Origin: Chiloscyllium plagiosum
Taxonomy: Eukaryota
DNA length: 64,000 nt
Assembly: GCF_004010195.1 (NCBI RefSeq)
Contig: NC_057718.1
Coordinates: forward strand, 27,463,088 to 27,527,087
Direction of reading: 5' to 3'
The notes beneath the pieces were generated by a model, which did no database searches, had not been told where the DNA came from, and worked only from the letters and a program-made list of their open reading frames with translations. Shown here in pieces: positions 49,471 to 62,345 of the stretch (its first letter is position 1; each line of letters opens with the position of its first letter). A program made the position numbers and the translations under genes.

Positions 49471-52400
49471 AGCTACAGCTTCAAATTTCTGGAAAATCAG
49501 ACTTTGGCCTCAAGTTGTTCATTGTTCTGTTTTTCATTGATGGATGTAGATGTTGCTGGCTGGTCCAGCATTTATTGCCATCTTAGTTATCCATGAGAAT
49601 GTAGTGGTGAGATGCATTCCTAAACCACTGTGGTCCATTTGGTAAAGGTACATCCACATGCTGTTAGGGATGGAACTGACATAGCAAAACTGGAGAACCA
49701 GCAATATATTTCCAAGTCAGGATGGTGAGTGCCTTGGAAAGGAACTTGGAGGTGGTGGTTCTCCCTTGTACCTGCTACCTTTGTCCTTCTAGATGTAGGG
49801 ATTGAGAGTTTGGAAGGTGCTGCCTAAGGAATCTTGGTAAATTTATTTTAGATGGTACACACGGATGCTACTGAGTGTCAATGATATGAAGATTAAATGT
49901 TTGTGAATAACGTGCCACTCAAACAGGCTGCTTTGTTCTGGGTAGTATCAAGCTTCTTGTGTGTTAGAGCTGCACCCATCTGAGCAGGAGGGGAGTACTG
50001 AATATAGAAAAAAACCCACAGAATCCTTAGGAATCAGATTTCAACAGCAGAGCAGTACAATCAGGCTTTAGGGAGTTGTGTATATGAGAAACATCTAAAG
50101 ATAAAGAGACCTAAAAGCTGGATTTGGTATTAGATAAAGTGAAATAAAGTTAATGTTACAGTTTCACTTATTAGCCCGAACTGGCCATATAGTGTATCGA
50201 GGTGTTTCTGATGAGCCAAAGTCTGACTCTGGGGAATCCATACCATTAGGACCGTCAGAAGTTGAGCTAACAAAATTCAGAAATGCATCTTTTTGGTGAT
50301 GACCATAACCATAAAACTGGGGTAGAAGAAAGCTGCTATTGGAGGGAACTCAATGACTGGTGAAGAAATGATACCGAACTCTACCTGAAGGAGATAGTGT
50401 TTTGAAGAACTTGTGGCTGAGCATGGTGCCAATGTGCTAAGAGGACTCCAGTAAATCTGTAAAATCTATCTTTGTTAAATTAACTACCTGAAGGATAATA
50501 GTTTCTATTGAAGATCATTTGCCTGATAATTCATGCTTAATTTATGTTGACTTTTGTTTGATTTTAGTGAACATTATAAAAAGGGGAATCTTGCGTTCAG
50601 AGTTATTCAGATCTTTTGGGTTATTGGTCTTAATGGTGTTCTGGCCACCCTGCAAAGAAGAAATGATTGATAGATCAGGGAGGACAAAGGACTGAAGGTC
50701 TTTCAGCGGGAAACCAAATTCAAAGAGAGTGCTTAGGGATTACTTCTCAGACCTGAAATTCACCTGCCACCTGGTCCATGCTGAAATCTCAACCTTGGGC
50801 AGGCAACATGCAGTTGATATCCTCACAGCATGTCAATTGATAACCATGATTAAGATGCAGTGAATCGCTGACTCCATTCTCAGGGTTAATTCAATTTAGT
50901 GCCCAAGTTTCTTTGTGACTGCCACAAATTAAATAAAGAATCATTGTACGTGAGCTTAACCCATTTGCCCTAAACTAGTTGTTTGCTATCATTAATCTTA
51001 ATTTTTAAGTACTTTCAGCAACATTAGGGGTAAATGTAGGGAAATGGGTAGGTTGCGCTTCGGCGGGTCAGTGTGGACTTGTTGGGCCGAAGGGCCTGTT
51101 TCCACACTGTAAGTAATCTAATCTAATTAGAAGGAACTCAGTTGATAGGTGATGTGGCTTAGTGGGTTAAAGTGCTTATCTAGTAAGCATGAGATCCTGA
51201 GTTTGAACTGCAGCTATTTCTTGACTTGTTTTTACAAGTTTTGTAGCATGATGATAGAGGCCCTACCTCTGAACACAAAGGCCCAGATCCAAGTCCCACC
51301 TGCTATGGTGCCAAAAACGTCTTAGAAATGTTTTAGAAAAGTGACTTGTTGTACTTCCTTTTCCACCACCAGGTGGGGCTCATTACCATAGAAATTAATA
51401 ACCGTAGCTGGATTGTCTCATGCCAAATCAGACAAAGGCATTTTTATGCACTACAAAGACACCCTGAAAAAGCCAGTTACAAACATCTGCATTCCTTCTC
51501 TTGGGAAAAAACTACACCCAATGGCTCATGTGGAAACAAACATTGAAAATTTGGTTCAGCATGTCTCAAGGAAATAAATGGCAGAAAGTTCCCGAGGCAC
51601 TAACCACAATGGCATGAATGGCCAGCTCTAGATGAAATGGTAGTTTAGCATCAGACTCTCCAATCATGAGAAGACCCACAAAATTTGAAACTTGATTACC
51701 GCTTGGGTGTACTCTAGTAACAAGAACTGTCAACCACCATTGCCTGAGGGTAGATAGAATACTACAATTCTCAAAAGATTTGATGGGTCTATAAGTCCTT
51801 TCTGTTGGAGTTAGGTTAGAATCGAACACAATATTCTCACTGTTGCCTGCAGTGTCTTTTCTCACTCACTGTCACACACCCCAATCCTCAACACCGTCAA
51901 CCCTGCATGCCCTTTGCATTGCCTACTCACTTGCTCTGGAGACATCCTCACAACATATTTTCACTTCTAATAATGTCTGCCTCTTGCTCTTTCCAGATGG
52001 AAAACATCCCCCAATAGGGCAGGATGAGTCCAGAGGCATTGCCCAATATTTGACTCCTCACCATTTATGAGGATAGGATCCTGAACTGTGACCACTTTTC
52101 AAAATTTGGAGGCAGTTTCATATCCATCCAAACCAATGCCATGTTTGGAAGGTCTTCCAACAGTCCATGTTTGTCAGCAATTTGATTTAATCAGGAAGAA
52201 ACTCAGTGCACTGTCAGAATTTGTTAACTTGTCCCTTTTGTTTCCCAGACCATTAGCTTTTCTTTTGCCCATTTTAAAATATCATCTGAGCAGAGGTTTT
52301 GTTGTGTTTTGTATTGAGTGTCTGCATTGGAATTAAAAGGAAATATAGTTCTAGTTCCAAATTATAGTTTAGGTGTTAACAATTTTGACTTTTATTTTTA

Positions 52401-53519
52401 GAAATTAATTTTGTTCTTTAATAAAGATATTATGAGTTCATTAAAGCAGTCTGATGAACATCTTTATTCTCGAAAGCAGTACAGAAGGGAAACAATTTGT
52501 CATTTTGGTAATTGAATCAAAACATTTATACTAATTATGACTCATGGCATAATGGGGCTTAGTTAACTGTGCATTCTTTCTGTCCCTGTCATTACTTAAA
52601 AAGTGGAAAAAGGTATTTTTTTTTACTCTCTTTAACCTTCCTCTGTCTTAATCTTTCTTCTCTTTATTTTACTGTCTACATCTGACGTCCGTGGGAATTG
52701 GGGAAAAACACTCACACTGACTAGAACCATACCTGGCACAAAGGAAGATGTCTGTCGTTTTTCAAGATCTGTCATCTCATTTTCAAGGCGTCATTGCAGA
52801 GGTTCTTTGTGGTAGCGATTAGACCCAACCATCTTCAATTGTTTCATCAGATGTTGGAATGTTCACGGATGATTGGTCACTGACCCTGCTCACATGCAGC
52901 ATGATGACCTGCTTGGGCTGACAAGTGATGAGTACCATTTGCACCACAGCAGCAGAAAGTAGTTCCCTCAAACAAGAAAGACCCTAACCACCATCCATTA
53001 ACTTTCAATGGCATCACCGTAATTGATCGTTGAGCCCCATTGTTTGAGGATTTAAGTTCTGAAGTAAGGATGTTTGACAGCAGTTAAACAGGATCTTGAT
53101 GAGACCACACCGGGAGTATGTATGGAGTCCCAACCTAAAAGATTATATTTGCCACAGAGGGAGTTCAGTGGAGGTTCATAAGACTGATATGGGTTGTCTG
53201 GACTGTCCTATGATGAAAGATTGGTTCAACTGGGCCTGTATTCACTACAGTTTGAAAAGATGAGAGGGGATCTGACTTAAATGTATAAAATTCGAAAAGG
53301 AATGACAGACTAGATGCAAGGAGCATATTTCCCTTATTGGGGAGTCTAGAACTAGGGATCACAGTCTTACAATACAGTGTCATTCATTAAGGGTGTGAGA
53401 TGAAGAAACATTTCTTCACTCAAAGGGTAGTCAAACTCTGGAATTCTGTTACAGAAGGTTGTAGAGGCCAGGTCACTGAATCTTTTCAATACAGCAATAG
53501 ATATATGTTTCAATTTTAA

Positions 53520-55783
53520 AACCTTGACCTACTCTTGGGCAGGTGACTGAGATGTCAGTGGGAGAGCACTTTGGGGCCAGCGACCATAATTCTATTAGTT
53601 TTAAAATGGAAAAGGATAGACCAGATCTAAAAGTTAAAATTCTAAATTGGAGGAAAGCTAATTTTGATGGTATCAGGCAAGAACTTTCAAAAGCTGATTG
53701 GAGGCAGATGTTCGCAGGTAAAGGGAAGCTGGAAAATGGGAAGGCTTCAGAAATGAGATAACAAGAATCCAGAGACAGTGTATTCCAGTTAGGGTGAAAA
53801 GAAGGGCTGGTAGGTGTAGGGAATGCTGGATGACTAAAGAAATTGAGGGTTTTGTTAAGAAAAAGAAGGAAGCATATGTCAGATTTAGACAGGATAGATC
53901 GAGTGAATCCTCAGAACAGTATAAAGGCAGTTGGAGTATACTTAAGAGGGAAATCAGGAGGGTAAAAGAGGACATGAGATAGCTTTGGCAAATAGAATTA
54001 AGAAGAATCCAAAGAGTTTTTACAAATACTTTAAGGACAAAAGGATAACTAGGGAGAGAATATGGCCCCTCAAAGATCAGCAAGGTGGCCTTTGTGTGGA
54101 GCTGCAGGAGATGGGGGAGATACTAAACAAGTATTTTGCATCAGTGTTTACTGTGGAAAAGGATATGGAAGATATAGAATGTAGGGAAATTGATGGTGAC
54201 ATCTTGAAAAATATCCATATTAAAGAGGAGGAAGTGTTGGATGTCTTGAAACGCGTCAAAGTGGATAAATCCCCAGGAACTGATCAGGGGTACCTGAGAA
54301 TTCTGTGAGAAGCTAGAGAAGTGATTGCTGGGCCTCTTACTGAGATATTTGTATCATCGATAGTCACAGGTGAGGTGGCGGAAGATTGGAGATTGGCTAA
54401 CGTGGTGCCATTATTTAAGAAAGCTGGTAAGACAAGCCGGGGATCTATAGACCAGTGAGCCTGACGTCAGTGATGGACAAGTATTTGGAAAGGCAAGGAC
54501 TGGTTTGGGATAGTCAACATGGCTTTGTGCGTGGGAAATCTTGTCTCACAAACTTGATTGAGTTTTTTGAAGAAGTAACAAAGAGGACTGACGAGGGCAG
54601 AGCGGTAGATGTGATATATGTGGACTTGAGTAAGGTGTTCGACAAGGTTCCCATGGGAGCTTGGTTAGCAAGGTTATATCTCATGGAATACAGGGAGAAC
54701 TAGCCTTTTGGATACAGAACTGGCTCAAAGGTAGAAGTCACAGGGTGGTGGTGGAGGGTTGTTTTCAGACTGGAGGCCTGTGACTAGTGGCGTGCCACAA
54801 GGATCAGTGGTGGGTCCATTGCTTTTCGTCATTTATATAAATGATTTGGATGTGAGCATAAGCGGTACAGTTATTAAGTTTGCAGATAACAGCAAAATTA
54901 GAGGTGTAATGGACGGCGAAGAAGGTTGCCTCAGATTACAACGGGATCTTGATCAGATGGGCCAATGGGCTAAGGAGTGGCAGATGGAGTTTAATTTAGA
55001 TAAATGCAATGTGCTGCATTTGGGGAAAGCAAATCTTAGCAGGACTTATACACTTAATGGTAAAGTCCTAGGGAGTGTTGCTGAACAAAGAGACCTTGGA
55101 GTGCAAGTTCATAGCTCCTTGAAAGTGGAGTCGCAGGTAGATAGGATAGTGAAGGAGGCGTTTTGTATGCTTTCCGTTATCGAGTACAGAAGTTGGGAGG
55201 TCATGTAGTGGCTGTACAGGACATTGGTTAGGCCACTTTTGGAATATTGCATGCAGTTCTGGTCTCCTTCTTATCGGAAGGATGTTGTGAAATTTAAAAG
55301 GGTTCAGAAAAGATTTACAAGGATGTTGCCAAGGTTGGGGGATTTGAGCTGTAGGGAGAGGTTGAGTAGGTTAGGGCTGTTTTCCCCTGGAGTGTCAGAG
55401 GCTGAGAGGTGACTTTATAGAGGTTTATAAAATCATGAGGGGCATGGATAGGATAAATAGACAAAGTCTCTTCCCTGGGGTGGTGGAGTCCAGAACTAGA
55501 AGGCATAGGTTTAGGGTGAGAGGGGAAAGATATAAAAGAGACCTAAGGGGCAACTTTTTCACACAAAGGGTGGTACATGTGTGGAATGGGCTGCCAGAGG
55601 AAGTGGTGGAGGCTAGTACACTTGCAACATTTAAAAGGCATCTGGATAGGTATATGAATAGGAAGGGTTTGCAGCAATATGGACGGGTGCTGGCAGGTGG
55701 GGCTAGATTAGGGTGGGATATCTGGTCGGCATGGACAAGTTGGACCGAGGGATCTGTTTCCATGCTGTACATGACTCTGTGAC
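53520..55783 (+). mobile_element. Young CR1 LINE, 5'-truncated (follows an older CR1 3' piece at about 53050-53510)
   Basis: ORFs 53985..54308, 54455..54703, 54759..55208 and 55435..55782; same family as 23685-25895. Confidence 0.95.
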
Positions 55784-57530
55784 ATCAAGAGGAATGGGGA
55801 GGAAGTGGGACTATGACATTAAGATAGAGATCAGCCATGATCACATTTGATGGCAGAGCAGGCATGAAGGGCCAAATGGCCCACTTCTGCTCCTTCCGTC
55901 TGTGTTTCTCTCAATGACTTATAGCAGCTAGCATTCAGGACAGACAATTTAATGTATTTCACAGATGTACATGAAACATAAAAAATAATGTGATAAAATG
56001 GTGATAAAATGTAAATCCAAAAATAAAGAAGCATGCATTTCTAATACTCACTCAAATCAGCCAATGATAATATGTCATTGTTTTGTTTTGTTCATCAGAT
56101 AAAAAAATACCATGGTGTAATTATGTTTTCCAACATTTTAAACAATTAAAAAGTCAAATCATAAATGAGCCAGCCATACAGCATTATGAAAACAGAGAGC
56201 TTTGAAGTCATTATTCTTTAGTTGTAATAGACCATGTCGTATTTACTTATGATATACTGTATATATGCCTGTAATAATTTACAAAATACATCTCCGTGTA
56301 AGAAGACAAAAACTTAGGCTATCCCCTTGCAAACCTCTATACCAAAATACAACATAAATTTGCATATCTTTATCTATTCTGCAAAGGCAGAATCAGTTTT
56401 ATTTCTCCCTTATGTTTCTTTTTCTGGTTCCTCATAGTTTGTATATTTATCATAGCCTGGAGGGCAGACAGGCGGCCTCAGATACCAAGCAATGGGCAGA
56501 TAAAAAAACATGTAAGTCTAATAAAGCTTTCACTCCTCTACCCTTAATAGTGAAAAATGACATTGATAGAACTCATTCAATTTCCTCATGAGGTTAATCT
56601 TTGTATCAAACAACCAAACTGCTATTCAGACTCCATATGAAAGAAAACTAGTCCTTTAAATATTCCCCTTATACTGTGAACTTAGAGCCCCTTGTGGAGA
56701 TATTTGTAGCTCTGTAACTCAGCCAATATATCATAATAACGTAAAATGTCAATAGAGAAGTCTTTTTGAAACTGCATGACCAGATGCTACTTTTTGTCCT
56801 AACTTAAACTGTTCACCATGGCAGTTCTGCAGAGAGGTGTTCTCTTTAATTATCACTGACACCTTCAGCCATTTTTTAAAGTTTTAAGAACGAAGCCATT
56901 AAAATAACTTTGGATCATGAGTTATAAAACCTTCTCTTCCTTTGACACACTTCAGCCTACAAACTAGTCCATTAAGTTGTGGTACTAATGTTGTGGGTAA
57001 AGGCTCTTGGAACAGGGAAAATAGGGTTTGTTTTCACTCAGCACTGAATTTAATATTAAGGTTTCCCTCCTGTGCAATACACACCTTTCCCCTGCAAACA
57101 TTAGGTCTGTTGGAAATGAGGCAGTTCTTGTTAATCTGGCTCTTTCCCACCGGGTGTAAGGAGTCCTTCCAACTCTGTGAAAATCCGTCACTGGTGTCAA
57201 TATCAAGCAATCAGAGATTTGTACTGCACAATTCCAGATTCAGCCTCAGATTACAGATTTCAATACACCTATGATAGGTGGTGGTGTTCGGGGTTAGTGT
57301 TTCAGAGTGTGAGGGAGGGGAGGGGTGGAGTTGGGATTCCATTTCTGAGTCAGGGCTTGTACAAAGGGAGGACAAAATTATTTGGTATTAGTTTTGCTGT
57401 TGCAGCACTCTTACGTTATTGCTGACCTTGAGAGTGTTTAAACATTTATTAAATCTATACAAATATAGGTGTTATTAGCTGGAATTGGCTTTTCGTCCCC
57501 TTGAGCCTGATCTGCCATCAATAAAATCAT

Positions 57531-57750
57531 TGAGGAGAAAGTGAGGTCTGCAGATGCTGGAGATCAGAGATGGAAATGTGTTGCTGGAAAAGCGCAGCAG
57601 GTCAGGCAGCATCTAGGGAACAGGAGAATCGACGTTTCGGGCATTAGCCCTTCTTCATTCCTGAAGAAGGGCTAATGCCCGAAACGTCGATTCTCCTGTT
57701 CCCTAGATGCTGCCTGACCTGCTGCGCTTTTCCAGCAACACATTTCCATC
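57531..57750. mobile_element. Penelope-derived perfect fold-back mini-element with an intact hammerhead core and 14-15-bp TSD
   Basis: TSD atcaataaaatcat at 57517-57530 and 57751-57764; 89-bp arms 57569-57657 and 57662-57750; CTGAAGA-A-GGGC-TAAT-GCCC-GAAAC-GTC at 57661-57688. Confidence 0.92.
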
Positions 57751-58089
57751 ATCAATAAAATCATGGCTCATCTGAATATTGCCTCAATTCTACATTTCCA
57801 CCTACCCCCAACAATTTTTAACTCCCTTACTAGTTAGGAAGCTATCTACCTCTGTATTAAATATTTTCAATGACCCTACCTTGGAAGAGTCTTGACCTGA
57901 GAAAAGAAAATGCTCCTCATCTCTGTCTTAAAGGGAGATCCCTATTTCTAGCCTCTTGCACAAAAGGCATCCTTTCAGCCTCCTCCCTGCCTAGTCCCTT
58001 CAGGATATTAAATGTTTCAATAAGATCACCTCTCATTCTTTTAAAATTTAAGTACTTTTACGATTTTATATTTATGTGTTTCAATTAAT

Positions 58090-58410
58090 CAGATTAGATT
58101 AGATTAGATTACTTACAGTTTGGAAACAGGCCCTTCGGCCCAACAAGTCTACACCGCCCCGCTGAAGCGCAACCCACCCATACCCCTACATTTACCCCTT
58201 ACCTAACACTACGGGCAATTCAGCATGGCCAATTCACCTAACCTGCACATCTTTGGACTGTGGGAGGAAACCGGAGCACCCGGAGGAAACCCACGCAGAC
58301 ATGGGGAGAATGTGCAAACTCCACACAGTCAGTCGCCTGAGTCGGGAATTGAACCTGGGTCTCTGGCGCTGTGAGGCAACAGTGCTAACCACTGTGCCAT
58401 CATGCCACCC
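58090..58410 (-). mobile_element. HE1-type V-SINE with (agatt)n tail
   Basis: Near-identical to 46622-46912; a 3' fragment also lies at about 51025-51128 (+). Confidence 0.9.
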
Positions 58411-61039
58411 ACAATCGACTGTTTTGACAGTAGATTTAATTGAGTTATGATTCAAAGCACTCGTCAAGGTAGTTTAGTTAATAGTGCAATACATTTAATA
58501 ATTTGAGGATTAACAGTCGATATTAAAATCCTGCTTCCAAAAAATGGAATATTGATTAAATAGAGCGTTTTTTACAGAATTAGTTTAATTCTAAAGCAAT
58601 TTATCACCTAGGATTTGAGCAAATATTCAGATTATTAGGAGTTGGTGCTATCAGTATTCAAAGTGGATGTAATCAGTGTTACTTAATCAATCTTGGTGGA
58701 CATATTTTACAGAAATAGCCTATGATTTTAAGTGTTGAAAAGGAAGTTAGCCATACACTTAATAATGGAATCAGTTTGAAATAAAGAGGGTTAGAGTTAA
58801 GCTTCTCCAGTGGCATAATCCTGACTTGTGATATCACTGAAGAGAACCCCAAAAGAAAAATGCGTTTTTCGAGGTTGCTTTTACAGGGCATATATGAGGG
58901 TAACTAGAAATGACTGATGAACATCACTAAGTGCACAGGAATCTGTCTCCTTTTGTGAAAGTGAACACCTTTTAAATATTTAATATTATGGATGGATTTT
59001 AAGGTGTGTTTTGGTCTCTAACCATTCAGCTACAATATCTGTGAGTTGTGTTAATTGCTTTAAAGCAAAACATCTGTCCCAATCTAACTCACAACTTACA
59101 GAACTGCAGCCAGTCAGATGGAGCAGTGGCCGCGACTGGGACTACAGGCAGTCCTGACGAGGGGAACCCGAACTTAGGTGAAATCTGGCATAGAGCTGAG
59201 ATCATGATGGCAGACAAGGGATTTGGAGGGACAAATTTGAGAGAACACATACAGGGTGTAAAGAGGGTACAATGAACTTTGAGAAATGGGGGTGCTTCTG
59301 ACGGGCACAGGAGACCTGCAAGGGACATCCTTCAACCCCTTTGCTCAACATTAGCCCATGCAGATAAAGCTGCTGGACTATTCACTTGCCTGTGCCTCTC
59401 CTTGCTGTGGGTAAAATAGCATGAGGGCAGAATAAGGCCATTAATCAGTCACCACAGGACCTGAATAGACCTAAGAGTTAGTGGGTCAACCAAGGCTTCC
59501 AACACCTCTTGTAAAATTTCAGATAGTTCAGGGATGGAAAGGTAGTCATGAGCAGACTTAACAGCAGATTTTGTGAGGCATGCCACTTTTTAACCTGTTG
59601 GCGGGGAGCATGACCTCCAGCCCATAAGTGGCAATTCAATAAGTAACTCGCCCCTTTTAATATTGTAAAAATCATATCACTCCATTTTAAATATATGAAA
59701 ATGAGATATTTTTCCTATAGTATTTACTGTTGTCCAAATTTTTAAAATTTTCTGTATTCTTCATGTGAATAAATATTTGAAGCATCATAATAAGTATGTT
59801 TACAACATTAGTTACGTTCACGAAAGTAATTAGACCAGTTCCATAATGTTAACAACCAACAGGAGTAACATGCAAGAAATGAATGGTTAGACTCATTTTG
59901 TTGTAGCCTATTCCAATTGTTAACCACACTGCATTTAGCATTTGGAGTTTCTGTGAATAATTTGCTTTTAATTGTTCTTTTGTACTGAATGAATTAATCA
60001 TAATTGGCTAAAGAAATGTCACATATGAGAAATTGTTTCTTGTTAGTTACTTACTAAATGCTAATCAATTCCATTGTTAGCATCATTCATTGAATAGATT
60101 TAGCCATAACCACCAAGGAGTGTTGTGTGCTGTGCCAAACATAGATGAGGATTTATACATTTGTCAAACTGGTGAGGGATTGCTCTCCTTCGATCATATT
60201 ACTCAGCACTGCCACTTAATGAGCCACCGCAGTACAGAATGCACTCGTTTCATTAAAGAGTGTATTCCAGCCACTGGTTGTTACTGAAGGTCAGGATTTA
60301 TTTTGGATAATACATTTGCTTAGGTCTACATCTGTGAAAATAATCAGCGACTACAATTCTCAGACTACAAAGGAACATATTTGCCCTTTAATTACAGAAT
60401 TATAGAATGAAACAGAACTGAAAGATGCTATCATGCTTGTACTGTTGATTTAAAACAACCTTTGAATTGTTATACAATTAATTCCAATCCCTGAACTTTC
60501 CAAACACACTTGTATTATTTTCTGAGCAAATATTTATCCAATTCCCTTTTGAATCCATCCCCATCATACTATTGGCTAGTTTATTCTGGGCATAACAACT
60601 TACTGTAGAAAAAATTCTTCTGATTGCTTTTAGACTTTACATTGATTGCCTTCACGCTGTGTCCTCAGGTTACTGATCCTCTGCTTCTGGATAAATCAAA
60701 CCCTTCGTGATTTTGAAAACCACTGTTAAATATCCCCTTAAATCCCTCTACTCTAAGGAACATATCTCCAACTTCTCTAGTTTGTTCACATAAGCAGAGT
60801 CTAAAGCCTTGATATCTATCTGAAAATGTGGCACCCAGAATTGAATATAAAACACCACCTGGGGTTTAACCAATATTTGCTCTCATACTCCATGCCTCTG
60901 TGTAAAGACTCCTGTCCTATTTTAACATGTCCTGATCTCACTCCTTACTGGTTCTCTAGATGCTGGCTGCCATCCAGTACCAGTCCCCAGTGGTTAATTA
61001 CCATGCAGGAACTCAGATGATAGGTCTATCAGTTTATCA

Positions 61040-61470
61040 AACTGATCCCCAAGTGGTAGAACTAATCTATGAAGAGTTACTGGATCGGTTTAGAAGACTG
61101 AGGAGATATCTCACAGAAATCTATAAAATTTTAATGGAACAAGAGGGAGTAAACACAGGAAGGATGTTTCCCAAAGACTGGAGAGTTCAAAACCAGGGGT
61201 CGCAGTGTGAGGCTAGTCTATTTAGGTCTGAGGTGAGGAGCAATTTCTTCACCTAGAGAATAGTGAGGCTGTGGAATTCTCTGCCACAGAAAACAGTTGA
61301 GATCAAAATATTGAATGTTTTCAAGGAGTTAGATATAGTTCTTAGGCCTAAAGTGACCAAAGGATATGGAGAAAATGTAGGAACAGGATACTGGTCACCA
61401 ATGATCATATTGAAAGGCAGAACAGGTTTGATGGGCAAAGTGGCCTACTCCTGTTCCCATTTTCTATATC
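61040..61470 (+). mobile_element. CR1 3' fragment
   Basis: ORFs 60960..61256 and 61263..61556 with FRRLR..L.E.YKIL and VRLWNSLPQ. Confidence 0.8.
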
Positions 61471-62146
61471 TATGTCCTCCCATCTTCAAAGCTTGTATGC
61501 ATGGCTCCAGATTTCTTTGTTCCTGCATTGCCTTGAAAATTATAAGTTTAATTTAGATTGGCTTATTTCATTTTCTAAACAAAATGCATGACTTCACATT
61601 CCTCCATTAAATTTCATCAACCATGTGTCTGCCCTTTCCACCAATCTATGTTCTTCTAACGTCTGAGTCTCGCTATTTATTACATTTCTGTATTTTAAAC
61701 CATCTGCAGAATTCAAAATTAAGTTCTGTGTAAATTAAAATCAAATAAGACAACAAAATAAAGCAATTCCTTGATAGATTGCTGAAATTACCTTCAATAT
61801 ACAATAATTGCCTGACATAGCCGGTGATGGAGAAACAAAGCATGATACTGTGCTCAATGCGGCTTTTCTAATCTCAATCCAGACAATTTTTCATAGAAAG
61901 TGGGAAACATCAAATGAAGAGTCTTCACCAGGCCATATTTTCATGATCGTAATTGTAAGTAGCACTGGTGATGCTCTAAAATCAAACACTTTGCTGTCCA
62001 GGACGCAGGAGGTCCACAGCTGGGATGGCAGCTAAATTTATAGGAGGGGAGCCTGGTAAAATATGTAGTTACACAGAAAGCATAAAAATACACAAAGAAT
62101 AATATCTTGAACTTTCTGTGTTACCACACATTCAATATCACTTTCA

Positions 62147-62345
62147 AAATAGTCAGGTCCATTGCTAAAATCTTAGTCAATAATTGTTACAATATTATGC
62201 TGGAGATTATGTACAATACAATATTCATTGGGTCATGCAATCTCCAAATAGTCAGGTCCATTGCTATAATCTTAGTCAATAATTGTTACAATATTATGCT
62301 GGAGATTATGTACAATACAATGTTCATTGGGTCATGCAGTCTCCA
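62147..62345. repeat. Tandem duplication, 2 x 99 bp, spanning the STON1 stop codon and proximal 3'UTR
   Basis: 'agtcaggtccattgct' starts at 62151 and 62250; three mismatches seen between copies. Confidence 0.95.

Noticed and set aside
50000..52580. Possible solo LTR or DNA-transposon relics (also about 59080-59680)
   Set aside because: No clear termini, TSD or coding motifs identified.
56942..57425. Overlapping 73-110 aa ORFs
   Set aside because: No recognisable homology or convincing splice structure; probably UTR or intergenic.
55948..61681. STON1 polyadenylation signals (minus-strand AATAAA at 61676, 60297, 57445; ATTAAA at 55948)
   Set aside because: Several candidates in AT-rich DNA; cannot choose without transcript data.
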